Program-made: the position numbers and the translations under genes
Part shown: one piece after another, positions 56,560 to 64,000 of the stretch
How positions within the stretch are numbered: the stretch's first letter is position 1
Layout: every line of letters starts with the position of its first letter
Notes under the pieces: model-generated
Database searches by the model: none
What the model saw: the letters and a program-made list of their open reading frames with translations, nothing else
What the model was told of the DNA's origin: nothing
Assembly (NCBI RefSeq): GCF_022846255.1
Contig: NZ_AP025682.1
Direction: 5' to 3' (one strand)
Length of the DNA stretch: 64,000 bases
Source of the DNA: Escherichia coli
GTDB lineage: Bacteria > Pseudomonadota > Gammaproteobacteria > Enterobacterales > Enterobacteriaceae

Positions 56560-57341
56560 GCTGCCACCTTCTGCTCAGTGGCTTTCTGTTTCAGGAATCC
56601 AAGAGCTTTCACTGCTTCGGCCTGTGTCAGTTCTGACGATGCGCGAATGTCGCGGCGAAATATCTGGGAACAGAGCGGCAATAAGTCGTCATCCCATGTT
56701 TTATCCAGGGCAATCAGCAGAGTGTTAATCTCCTGCATGGTTTCATCGTTAACCGGAGTGATGTCGCGTTCCGGCTGACGTTCTGCAGTGTATGCGGTAT
56801 TTTCGACAATGCGCTCGGCTTCATCCTTGTCATAGATACCAGCAAATCCGAAGGCCAGACGGGCACACTGAATCATGGCTTTATGCCGTAACATCCGTTT
56901 GGGATGCGACTGCCACGGTCCGGTGATTTCTCTGCCTTCGCGGGTTTTGAATGGTTCGCGGCGGCATTCATCCATCCACTCGGTAACGCAGATAGGATGA
57001 TTGCGGTCTTTGCGGTAAATCCGGCATGTGCAGGATTCGTTGTCCTGTTCAAAGTCCATGCCGTCAAACTGCTGGTTTTCGTTGATGATGCGGGACCAGC
57101 CATCAACGCCCACCACCGGAACGATGCCGTTCTGCTTATCAGGGAAGGCGTAAATTTCTTTCGTCCACGGATTAAGGCCGTATTGGTTGGCGACGATCAG
57201 CAATGCGATGAACTGCGCATCGCTGGCATCGCCTTTAAATGCTGTCTGGCGAAGAGTGGTGATCAGTTCCTGTGGGTCGACAGAATCCATGCCGACACGT
57301 TCAGCCAGCTTCCCAGCCAGCGTTGCGAGTGCTGTACTCAT
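56556..57341 (-). CDS. bet: lambda-type single-strand annealing protein (Red-beta)
   Basis: 261-aa ORF near-identical to lambda Bet; start overlaps exo. Confidence 0.93.
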   Translation of the reverse strand: MSTALATLAGKLAERVGMDSVDPQELITTLRQTAFKGDASDAQFIALLIVANQYGLNPWTKEIYAFPDKQNGIVPVVGVDGWSRIINENQQFDGMDFEQDNESCTCRIYRKDRNHPICVTEWMDECRREPFKTREGREITGPWQSHPKRMLRHKAMIQCARLAFGFAGIYDKDEAERIVENTAYTAERQPERDITPVNDETMQEINTLLIALDKTWDDDLLPLCSQIFRRDIRASSELTQAEAVKALGFLKQKATEQKVAA

Positions 57342-57346
57342 CCGTT

Positions 57347-57643
57347 TTATACCTCTAAATCAATATCAACCTGGTGGTGAGCAATGGTTTCAACCATGTA
57401 CCGGATGTGTTCTGCCATGCGCTCCTGAAACTCAACATCGTCATCAAACGCACGGGTAATGGCTTTTTTGCTGGCCCCGTGACGTTGCAAATGATCGATG
57501 CAGAGCGATTCAAACAAATGCTGGGGCAGACCCTTTTCCAGGTCGTCTGCCAGTTCTGCCTCTTTCTCTTCACAGGCGATCTGCTGGTAGTGACGCGCCC
57601 AGCTCTGAGCCTCAAGACGATCCTGAATGTAATAAGCGTTCAT
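57347..57643 (-). CDS. gam: RecBCD inhibitor Gam
   Basis: 98-aa ORF near-identical to lambda GamS ([21 protein letters not shown]...). Confidence 0.9.
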   Translation of the reverse strand: MNAYYIQDRLEAQSWARHYQQIACEEKEAELADDLEKGLPQHLFESLCIDHLQRHGASKKAITRAFDDDVEFQERMAEHIRYMVETIAHHQVDIDLEV

Positions 57644-57718
57644 GGCTGAACTCCTGAAAATGGCTGTGAAAATATCGCCCGCGAAATGCCAGGCTGATTA
57701 GGAAAACAGGAAAGGGGA

Positions 57719-58009
57719 TTAGTGATTCAGGCCGTTACCGCGTCCGTCGAGAAAAACTTCCACGAGCAAATCACGGGTATAAGTGCGCTCGATGCCGCGA
57801 TGCAGATATAGCCGTCCGCGTAAATTAGCTGATGCAGTCCAGGTACCATCTTTGTGTTTGACCAGCATTCCTGGCATGACCGCACCGCGATTAACGGTCT
57901 GCGTTCCGTAATGTTGATGAACCATAAAAACTCCTGCCCGTAAGCTGGGCTGCTGAACATATAGAGACTTCTGCGCGTATTCAGGCGGTGGATGGCCGCC
58001 GGTTGTCAT
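57719..58009 (-). CDS. hypothetical protein (96 aa), first ORF of the leftward early operon
   Basis: Track ORF preceded by a GAGG ribosome-binding site; matches nothing I recognise from lambda (not N, Kil or CIII). Confidence 0.45.
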   Translation of the reverse strand: MTTGGHPPPEYAQKSLYVQQPSLRAGVFMVHQHYGTQTVNRGAVMPGMLVKHKDGTWTASANLRGRLYLHRGIERTYTRDLLVEVFLDGRGNGLNH

Positions 58010-58059
58010 AACTAAGCCGCCTCGTTGAAGCGACTAAGGTATGAAATGTTGAGTTGATT

Positions 58060-58210
58060 TCAGCTGGTCACACCGACGTTCACGCGTCCGTTTCACCCCT
58101 CGCACTCCCCGAAGCCTGCTGAAATTCAAACTGCGGATCTAAGCGGTCATCGCAACGGTGAATCAGGTGGTTGCCGTATCGTTGTGTTGTTGCGATGAAC
58201 TTATTTAAAA
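58060..58210 (-). ncRNA. structured 5' leader of the leftward early transcript (two long inverted repeats); candidate cis-acting regulatory RNA
   Basis: 9-bp perfect inverted repeat CATCGCAAC/GTTGCGATG (58159-58167 / 58200-58208) and 8-bp inverted repeat ATTTCAGC/GCTGAAAT (58068-58075 / 58129-58136), between the predicted pL and the 96-aa ORF. Confidence 0.3.
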
Positions 58211-58213
58211 CTA

Positions 58214-58256
58214 TAGTTGTTTTATCGTCAACAACAAAAGTTGTTTTATTGGTTGT
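58214..58256 (-). promoter_or_regulatory. candidate pL with overlapping operators (-35 TTGACG, 17-bp spacer, -10 TTAAAT; palindromes AACAAC-N4-GTTGTT and TAAAAC-N7-GTTTTA)
   Basis: Minus-strand hexamers at 58237-58242 and 58214-58219; this cassette is almost a copy of the pR cassette at 59252-59287. Confidence 0.5.
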
Positions 58257-58383
58257 TTTAGATATAACTGGTTGTATTTAGGATGGATTTATTTTGTGAC
58301 TTGAATCGCATAGCGATAACTGAAGCGAGGTTATGGTGGTTTTTTTAACGGTGTGTGTGATGAGGGGAGGGCAAAAGAAAACC

Positions 58384-58410
58384 CGGCACGGTGACCGGGA
58401 TTCTTACGCC
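58384..58410 (-). terminator. rho-independent terminator downstream of the repressor gene
   Basis: Minus-strand hairpin cccggtcaccgtgccggg followed by TTTTCTTTT. Confidence 0.6.
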
Positions 58411-58520
58411 GTTAGGTAAAGATATTATTGCGGTGGCTTAATATTACTACCTAGAGCAAAGATAGGAATTAGTTCTTTACTGAATGAGCACAATGCCCAG
58501 TTGATAATTTTTAATTGGTA

Positions 58521-59210
58521 CTACCCATGCTTCCTATATGTCTGCGGCATGCTCCCAATAACCTTACCGAAGATGAACACCCGGTTCATCTCGTCTTTCT
58601 CGATCGGGTCCCACGGTGAGTAGCTTTTGTTATCAGAGATGACCAGCAGCTTATCCTTCATCATTTGCAGGCGCTTTACATGGGCTGTGTCGTCGTACAG
58701 AAACGCATAGATACCATCACCGTCGAAAGATTTAACTGTGATATCAACGAACAGCAGATCACCTGGTTCGATCGTTCCTGACATGCTGTCACCACGCACG
58801 TTAATGATGCGGATATTTTCCGCCTTCCTACCATCGAACATGTGACGAGCATCGTCAAACGAGTACTCAACCGAGCGTAGAACTTCTACAAACTCACGGT
58901 TGATGACTCCCGGCCCAGCACTGACTTCTATATCAAGAACGTCAATCTTAAAGTATTTGGAATGGCTGACAGTTGATAGTATTGGTTGCACTGTACTGTC
59001 TGACATATTTCCAACGCCAGAAGATAACCATTCTGCGCGCACACCCAAAGCGTTCGCGATCTCCACGATTTTAGTTGTTTGATTAGCTTTCCCTGTTTCG
59101 ATTTTCTGAATAGCAGCCTGGCTAACCCCGACCAAATCCCCAAGCGCCTTTTGTGTAAGGCCTCGCGCTAATCTGGCTTCTTTAAGTCTTTCTGAGAGTG
59201 TTGTTTTCAT
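58521..59210 (-). CDS. cI: CI-like prophage repressor (XRE-type HTH plus S24 LexA-like peptidase domain)
   Basis: 229 aa from the Met at 59210 (track ORF extends to 59273); HTH LTQKALGDLVGVSQAAIQKIE; C-terminal GDSM...K autocleavage-type domain; start lacks a Shine-Dalgarno, consistent with a leaderless pRM-type mRNA. Confidence 0.85.
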   Translation of the reverse strand: MKTTLSERLKEARLARGLTQKALGDLVGVSQAAIQKIETGKANQTTKIVEIANALGVRAEWLSSGVGNMSDSTVQPILSTVSHSKYFKIDVLDIEVSAGPGVINREFVEVLRSVEYSFDDARHMFDGRKAENIRIINVRGDSMSGTIEPGDLLFVDITVKSFDGDGIYAFLYDDTAHVKRLQMMKDKLLVISDNKSYSPWDPIEKDEMNRVFIFGKVIGSMPQTYRKHG

Positions 59211-59216
59211 AGTCCA

Positions 59217-59287
59217 AATGTACAACCAAGGTTTTATTCCATCAAACGAAAATGGTTGTTGACTAAAAAACAACCATAGTTTTAATC
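59217..59287. promoter_or_regulatory. cI-cro divergent control region: candidate pRM (minus; -35 TTGATG, -10 TACATT), pR (plus; -35 TTGACT, -10 TTAATC) and operator palindrome ATGGTTGTT-N8-AACAACCAT
   Basis: 26-bp palindrome 59252..59277 overlapping the pR -35; pRM -10 ends 7 bp before the cI ATG. Confidence 0.5.
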
Positions 59288-59315
59288 TTGATTCAAATTA
59301 ACCACGGAGGTTGTT

Positions 59316-59546
59316 ATGAACCCAGCTATCAAAACAGCGATCAATATCGTTGGTTCACAAAAGAAACTGGGCGCTGCTTGCGAAGTTTCACAGCAGGCCG
59401 TCTATAAGTGGCTTCACAACAAAGCAAAGGTATCCCCTGAACATGTCGGCAGCATTGTTACGGCTACTGGTGGAGTAGTGAAGGCATACCAGATTCGCCC
59501 GGATCTTCCGAAGTTGTTTCCACACACCGAAAAGAACGCAGCTTAA
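59316..59546 (+). CDS. cro: Cro-like repressor (76 aa)
   Basis: Small HTH protein divergent from cI with a GGAGG ribosome-binding site. Confidence 0.7.
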   Translation: MNPAIKTAINIVGSQKKLGAACEVSQQAVYKWLHNKAKVSPEHVGSIVTATGGVVKAYQIRPDLPKLFPHTEKNAA

Positions 59547-59615
59547 ATTTCCATTTCACGCTCTTTAACAATAAGCAATCAACTTAACAGTCAATTCAAA
59601 CTAAAGGAGTCAATT

Positions 59616-60155
59616 ATGCAACCACTTACATACCAACAGACTAGCGGATTTAGCCCGACTGCGGTGATAAATCGTTCTCAAACAAAACAGGCGCCAGGCC
59701 ACGAAAAAATCCGTGATGCCGTTCGCGCCTGGTCGGCTGCAGATAATCAGGATGTTGTTGCCGCACTCATTGTGAATGAGTATCGGGAGCAGGGCGGCGG
59801 CACCATCGATTTCCCTGATGATGTCAGCCGTGCACGCCAGAAGCTGTTCCGCTTCCTCGATAACAAATTCGATTCTGAAAAATACCGAAATAACGTGCGT
59901 GAACTGACCCCGGCAATTCTGGCGGTACTACCGCTGGAATATCGCGGCCACCTGGTTGAGCAGGATAGCTTCATGGCTCGGTTGGCTGAAATGGATAAGG
60001 AACTCAGTGAGGCAAAGCAGGCGGTCATTCTCAACGCACCACGCCACCAGAAACTGAAGGAAATGAGTGAAGGTATTGTGTCGATGTTTCGTGTGGACCC
60101 GGATCTGGCTGGTCCATTAATGGCGATGGTTACCACCATGCTGGGGGCAATATGA
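59616..60155 (+). CDS. CII-like phage regulatory protein (CP76-type, 179 aa)
   Basis: Position between cro and O; family assignment is from memory and uncertain. Confidence 0.45.
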   Translation: MQPLTYQQTSGFSPTAVINRSQTKQAPGHEKIRDAVRAWSAADNQDVVAALIVNEYREQGGGTIDFPDDVSRARQKLFRFLDNKFDSEKYRNNVRELTPAILAVLPLEYRGHLVEQDSFMARLAEMDKELSEAKQAVILNAPRHQKLKEMSEGIVSMFRVDPDLAGPLMAMVTTMLGAI

Positions 60156-61171
60156 CAGGTTCAGAAATGGCGAAAGCCGGTCTGCGGGAACAGAGCCGAC
60201 TTTCAGGTGCAAATCGTAACGCACTCATTGCGGAAGGAATTATGGCAAACACTGCTGAGATATTCAATTTTCCAGTGCCGGATGAGGCACAAAAGGAGCC
60301 GCGCGTGGCAGATCTCGATGATGGTTATACGCGCATTGCAAATGAGTTGCTGGAAGCTGTGATGCTGGCCGGATTAACACAGCACCAGCTTCTGGTCTTC
60401 CTGGCTGTCATGCGCAAAACATATGGCTTTAATAAAAAACTGGATTGGGTGAGCAACGAGCAACTGTCCGAATTGACCGGGATATTGCCGCACAAGTGTT
60501 CTGCTGCAAAAAGTGTTCTGGTAAAGCGTGGGATTTTGATTCAGAGCGGGCGGAATATCGGTATTAATAATGTGGTCAGTGAATGGGCAACATTACCCGA
60601 ATCAGGTAAGAAAAATAAAGTTTACCTGAAAGAGGTAAATTTACCTGAATCAGGTAAGAAAAGTTTACCCAAATCAGGTAAAGGCGTTTACCCGAATCAG
60701 GTAAACACAAAAGACAAACTAACAAAAGACAATATAAAACCTTTTTCGTCAGAGAATTCTGGCGAATCCTCTGACCAACCAGAAAACGATCTTCCTGTGG
60801 TGAAACCAGATGCTGCAATTCAGAGCGGCAGCAAGTGGGGGACAGCAGAAGACCTGACCGCCGCAGAGTGGATGTTTGACATGGTGAAGACCATCGCGCC
60901 ATCAGCCAGAAAACCGAATTTTGCAGGGTGGGCTAACGATATCCGCCTGATGCGTGAACGTGACGGACGTAACCACCGCGACATGTGCGTGCTGTTCCGC
61001 TGGGCATGCCAGGACAACTTCTGGTCCGGTAACGTGCTGAGTCCGGCCAAACTCCGCGACAAGTGGACCCAGCTCGAAATCAACCGAAACAAGCAACAGG
61101 CTGGCGTGACAGCCGGCAAACCAAAACTCGACCTGACGAACACTGACTGGATTTACGGGGTGGATTTATGA
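60152..61171 (+). CDS. O: replication initiator O (divergent N-terminal iteron-binding domain, lambda-like C-terminus)
   Basis: 339-aa ORF; C-terminal 120 aa near-identical to lambda O; internal iterons at 60594-60706. Confidence 0.88.
   Translation: MTGSEMAKAGLREQSRLSGANRNALIAEGIMANTAEIFNFPVPDEAQKEPRVADLDDGYTRIANELLEAVMLAGLTQHQLLVFLAVMRKTYGFNKKLDWVSNEQLSELTGILPHKCSAAKSVLVKRGILIQSGRNIGINNVVSEWATLPESGKKNKVYLKEVNLPESGKKSLPKSGKGVYPNQVNTKDKLTKDNIKPFSSENSGESSDQPENDLPVVKPDAAIQSGSKWGTAEDLTAAEWMFDMVKTIAPSARKPNFAGWANDIRLMRERDGRNHRDMCVLFRWACQDNFWSGNVLSPAKLRDKWTQLEINRNKQQAGVTAGKPKLDLTNTDWIYGVDL
60594..60706 (+). repeat. ori iterons inside the O gene (four or five copies of TTACC[CT][GA]AATCAGGTAA[AG] with 23-24 bp periodicity) followed by an A-rich tract
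   Basis: Direct repeats read at 60594, 60621 (degenerate), 60641, 60664 and 60688. Confidence 0.8.
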
Positions 61172-61869
61172 AAAACATCGCCGCACAGATGGTTAACTTT
61201 GACCGTGAGCAGATGCGCCGGATCGCCAACAATATGCCGGAACAGTACGACGAAAAGCCGCACGTACAGCAGGTAGCGCAGATCATCAATGGTGTGTTCA
61301 GCCAGTTACTGGCAACTTTCCCTGCGAGCCTGGCTAACCGGGATCAGAACGAACTGAACGAAATCCGCCGCCAGTGGGTTCTGGCTTTCCGGGAAAACGG
61401 GATCACCACAATGGAACAGGTTAACGCAGGAATGCGCGTAGCCCGTCGGCAGAATCGACCATTCCTGCCATCACCCGGGCAGTTTGTTGCCTGGTGCCGG
61501 GAAGAAACATCCGTTACCGCCGGGCTGCCAAACGCCAGCGAGCTGGTTGATATGGTTTACGAGTATTGCCGGAAGCGTGGCCTGTATCCGGACGCAGAGT
61601 CTTATCCATGGAAATCAAACGCGCACTACTGGCTGGTTACCAACCTGTACCAGAACATGCGGGCCAATGCGCTGACTGACGCGGAATTACGGCGTAAAGC
61701 TGCCGATGAGCTGACCTGTATGACCGCGCGAATTAACCGTGGTGAGGCGATACCTGAACCAGTAAAACAACTTCCTGTCATGGGCGGTAGACCTCTAAAT
61801 CGTGCACAGGCTCTGGCGAAGATCGCAGAAATCAAAGCTAAGTTTGGGCTGAAAGGAGCAAGGGTATGA
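61168..61869 (+). CDS. P: replication protein P (DnaB helicase loader)
   Basis: 233-aa ORF near-identical to lambda P; start overlaps O. Confidence 0.92.
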   Translation: MKNIAAQMVNFDREQMRRIANNMPEQYDEKPHVQQVAQIINGVFSQLLATFPASLANRDQNELNEIRRQWVLAFRENGITTMEQVNAGMRVARRQNRPFLPSPGQFVAWCREETSVTAGLPNASELVDMVYEYCRKRGLYPDAESYPWKSNAHYWLVTNLYQNMRANALTDAELRRKAADELTCMTARINRGEAIPEPVKQLPVMGGRPLNRAQALAKIAEIKAKFGLKGARV

Positions 61870-62168
61870 CGGGCAAAGAGGCAATTATTCATTACCTGGG
61901 GACTCATAAGAACTTCTGTGCGCAGGACGTTGCCGTGGTAACAGGCGCAACCGTAACCAGCATAAATCAGGCTGCGGCTAAAATGGCACGGGCAGGTCTT
62001 CTGGTTATCGAAGGTAAGGTCTGGCGAACGGTGTATTACCGGTTTGCTACCAGGGAAGAACGGGAAGGAAAGATGAGCACGAACCTGATTTTTAAGGAGT
62101 GTCGCCAGAGTGCCGCGATGAAACGGGTATTGAGGGTATATAAAAGAACATCAATGGGTACACAATGA
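61866..62168 (+). CDS. ren: Ren protein (100 aa)
   Basis: Near-identical to lambda Ren (MTGKEAIIHYLGTH...); start overlaps P. Confidence 0.85.
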   Translation: MTGKEAIIHYLGTHKNFCAQDVAVVTGATVTSINQAAAKMARAGLLVIEGKVWRTVYYRFATREEREGKMSTNLIFKECRQSAAMKRVLRVYKRTSMGTQ

Positions 62169-62235
62169 TGAAACAGATGAGTTGAGTTCAAACTGTAGTA
62201 CAATTCTCTCCAGTTTGAACAGGAAAGAATATGCT

Positions 62236-62568
62236 ATGAATCCTTATATTTATCTTGGTGGTGCAATACTTGCAGAGGTCATTGGTACAACCTTAATGAA
62301 GTTTTCAGAAGGTTTTACACGGTTATGGCCATCTGTTGGTACAATTATTTGTTATTGTGCATCATTCTGGTTATTAGCTCAGACGCTGGCTTATATTCCT
62401 ACAGGGATTGCTTATGCTATCTGGTCAGGAGTCGGTATTGTCCTGATTAGCTTACTATCATGGGGATTTTTCGGCCAACGGCTGGACCTGCCAGCTATTA
62501 TAGGCATGATGTTGATTTGTGCCGGTGTGTTGGTTATTAATTTATTTTCACGAAGCACACCACATTAA
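62236..62568 (+). CDS. emrE: SMR-family multidrug efflux protein EmrE (110 aa)
   Basis: MNPYIYLGGAILAEVIGTTLMKFSEGF... with the conserved Glu14; track ORF 62182..62568 trimmed to this Met. Confidence 0.9.
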   Translation: MNPYIYLGGAILAEVIGTTLMKFSEGFTRLWPSVGTIICYCASFWLLAQTLAYIPTGIAYAIWSGVGIVLISLLSWGFFGQRLDLPAIIGMMLICAGVLVINLFSRSTPH

Positions 62569-62601
62569 AAATAATTTCTTTTGAATCGAGTGAAATAGGT
62601 T

Positions 62602-62629
62602 AGCCCGCATAAGTGCGGGCTGCTTTTTA
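62602..62629. terminator. bidirectional rho-independent terminator between emrE and the convergent esterase gene
   Basis: Hairpin agcccgcataagtgcgggct followed by a T-run. Confidence 0.6.
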
Positions 62630-63670
62630 CAGGTCAGCGTTTGTTTTTTGTTGTTGGGTAGCGGTTTTTATGGGGGTTCCCAGGTTTTTAGTAAACCACT
62701 CAACAACTCTGTTTATAATAATTGGCTGATACCATGTATTATCTCCATGCTCAGCCCCTTCTACCAGAACGTACTCAGCGTTATCGCCGTTCTTCTTCAA
62801 CATCCTGAATAGTTTGGCGCTTTGCTCAGGTGAAACCAGAGTGTCTTTGCTACCATGCATAATAAGAAATGGGGGGTTTACTCCTTTCATATGTCCGATT
62901 GGACTGGCGTTTAGCGCTTTTTCTTTTGACGCTGTTATGGGGGCTCCCGCAAAACTTCTGAATGCAGGGCCATTGATCATTAAGGCTTCGGTTACGGCAG
63001 GAGATCGATGAACCTCCTGCACAGATTCAGGGAACCCCTCGCCAATATTCAACAAGTCAGAAATCCCATAAAGTGTGGCAACTGCCTGAACATCTGCTGA
63101 TTGCTGAAGAAAGTCACCTTTATCAAAGGTTTTGTCACCATTTGTAGTTCCCATCATCTGGGCAAGCCATCCACCGGCAGAGTCACCCAGAACTCCGATT
63201 CTTTGAGGATCAATCCCATAATCGCTGGCATGTTCTCTCAAGTAACGTATTGCAGCTTTCCCATCCTCAACTGGTGCTGGAAATGTATCAGGAATTGTTC
63301 TGTATTCTACAGCGGCCACAACAAAACCAGCTTCAGCCAGAGCCATTCTCATTTCAATAAATTTGTCATGTTCAGAAGACATGAATCCGCCGCCGGGATA
63401 ATAAATAATGGCTGGTTTTAAATCATTTGTTCGTGGGACAAGAACTGACATGTGAAGCTGTCTGACAGAACGAGTTCCTTTTATCTGGGAATAAACAACA
63501 TCACCAATGAGATCGACCTGGTTTCTGGTCGGTGAAACACTAATGATATCTGCACCCGGGGTGTAACCAGGAAGATTAGTCTGGACAGGTGTTGCACAAC
63601 TCCCGACCGACATGGCCATTGACATACCATACAATAGTGTTGCAGATGATAATATCTTGTTAATTTTCAT
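62627..63670 (-). CDS. secreted or lipoprotein alpha/beta-hydrolase (esterase/lipase, hormone-sensitive-lipase-like)
   Basis: 347-aa ORF with N-terminal signal peptide ending ...SVGSC, oxyanion-hole motif YYPGGGF and nucleophile elbow GDSAGG; low GC by eye. Confidence 0.75.
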   Translation of the reverse strand: MKINKILSSATLLYGMSMAMSVGSCATPVQTNLPGYTPGADIISVSPTRNQVDLIGDVVYSQIKGTRSVRQLHMSVLVPRTNDLKPAIIYYPGGGFMSSEHDKFIEMRMALAEAGFVVAAVEYRTIPDTFPAPVEDGKAAIRYLREHASDYGIDPQRIGVLGDSAGGWLAQMMGTTNGDKTFDKGDFLQQSADVQAVATLYGISDLLNIGEGFPESVQEVHRSPAVTEALMINGPAFRSFAGAPITASKEKALNASPIGHMKGVNPPFLIMHGSKDTLVSPEQSAKLFRMLKKNGDNAEYVLVEGAEHGDNTWYQPIIINRVVEWFTKNLGTPIKTATQQQKTNADL

Positions 63671-64000
63671 GTTTTACATGCCTTGACTTATCGGATGAAA
63701 TTCTCTTACTGAATTTAACGGCAGTTTAATAGCCGTACAACTCGTGGTAGCTAGGGAAATATCCCAGTCGTGGTTAAGGTTGTACTTGACGGCTATTATT
63801 TCAACAATGCTTAAAGTGAGAGCTTAAGGTTATGCGTATGTTTTACAGTCCGAGTAGATTCTGACCAATAGCTTCTTTGTATGATTCTGTCAGAAATAAA
63901 TCTTGGCTTGCATGAAGTTTGAGACCTTATCTTGTTTGATTATGAATAATCAATTCGCCATAATTGTATCACCGGAGCCTGAACAACTTCGGTGACTTCT

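Larger units (their letters stand above)
51172..64000. mobile_element. lambdoid prophage, left arm (continues beyond the window end)
   Basis: Starts at a tRNA-Arg 3'-end remnant beside dsdC and contains torI, lambda-like exo/bet/gam, CI-like repressor, cro, CII-like gene, O with iterons, P, ren; cargo genes have lower GC than the flanking chromosome by eye. Confidence 0.85.

Noticed and set aside
56904-57380. 158-aa plus-strand ORF antisense to bet
   Set aside because: Bet is near-identical to lambda Red-beta and occupies this region on the other strand.
59211-59273. Longer start for the CI-like repressor (250-aa frame)
   Set aside because: The extension runs through the operator/promoter palindromes; the Met at 59210 gives a canonical HTH start and a leaderless transcript consistent with a pRM-type promoter.
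60594-60706. Short direct repeats, considered as a CRISPR or tandem-repeat locus
   Set aside because: They lie inside the O coding frame with lambdoid ori periodicity, so they are iterons.
60576-60902. 108-aa minus-strand ORF within O
   Set aside because: Shadow ORF across the iteron region of the O gene.

Overview
Escherichia coli chromosome, syntenic with K-12 from ligA to dsdC in reverse orientation (1..51171), followed by the left part of a lambdoid prophage (51172 to the window end). Gene calls rest on my reading of the translated ORFs, conserved motifs and gene order; no database search was run, so every name is recall-based and needs confirmation. The chromosomal part is ordinary: ligA (3' part), ypeB, yfeH, yfeR, yfeN, xapABR, the valU-valX-valY-lysV tRNA operon, gltX, yfeD/yfeC, two tRNA-Ala, pdeA, nupC, mntH, ypeC, yfeO, glk, fryBC-ypdFE-fryA, ypdCBA, alaC, ypdK, lpxP, yfdY, ypdI, yfdX-frc-oxc-yfdV-yfdE, evgSA, emrKY and dsdAXC. 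The prophage starts at a tRNA-Arg 3'-end remnant beside dsdC and carries a torI-type excisionase, lambda-like exo-bet-gam, a CI-like repressor, cro, a CII-like gene, O with internal iterons, P, ren and emrE. The parts most worth a second look are all in the prophage: (a) an unrecognised two-gene cassette next to torI, (b) a PACE-family efflux protein with a divergent LysR regulator, (c) an N-less leftward early region with a structured leader and an unrecognised 96-aa first gene, and (d) a low-GC lipoprotein esterase beside emrE. No CRISPR array, rRNA or IS element was seen.
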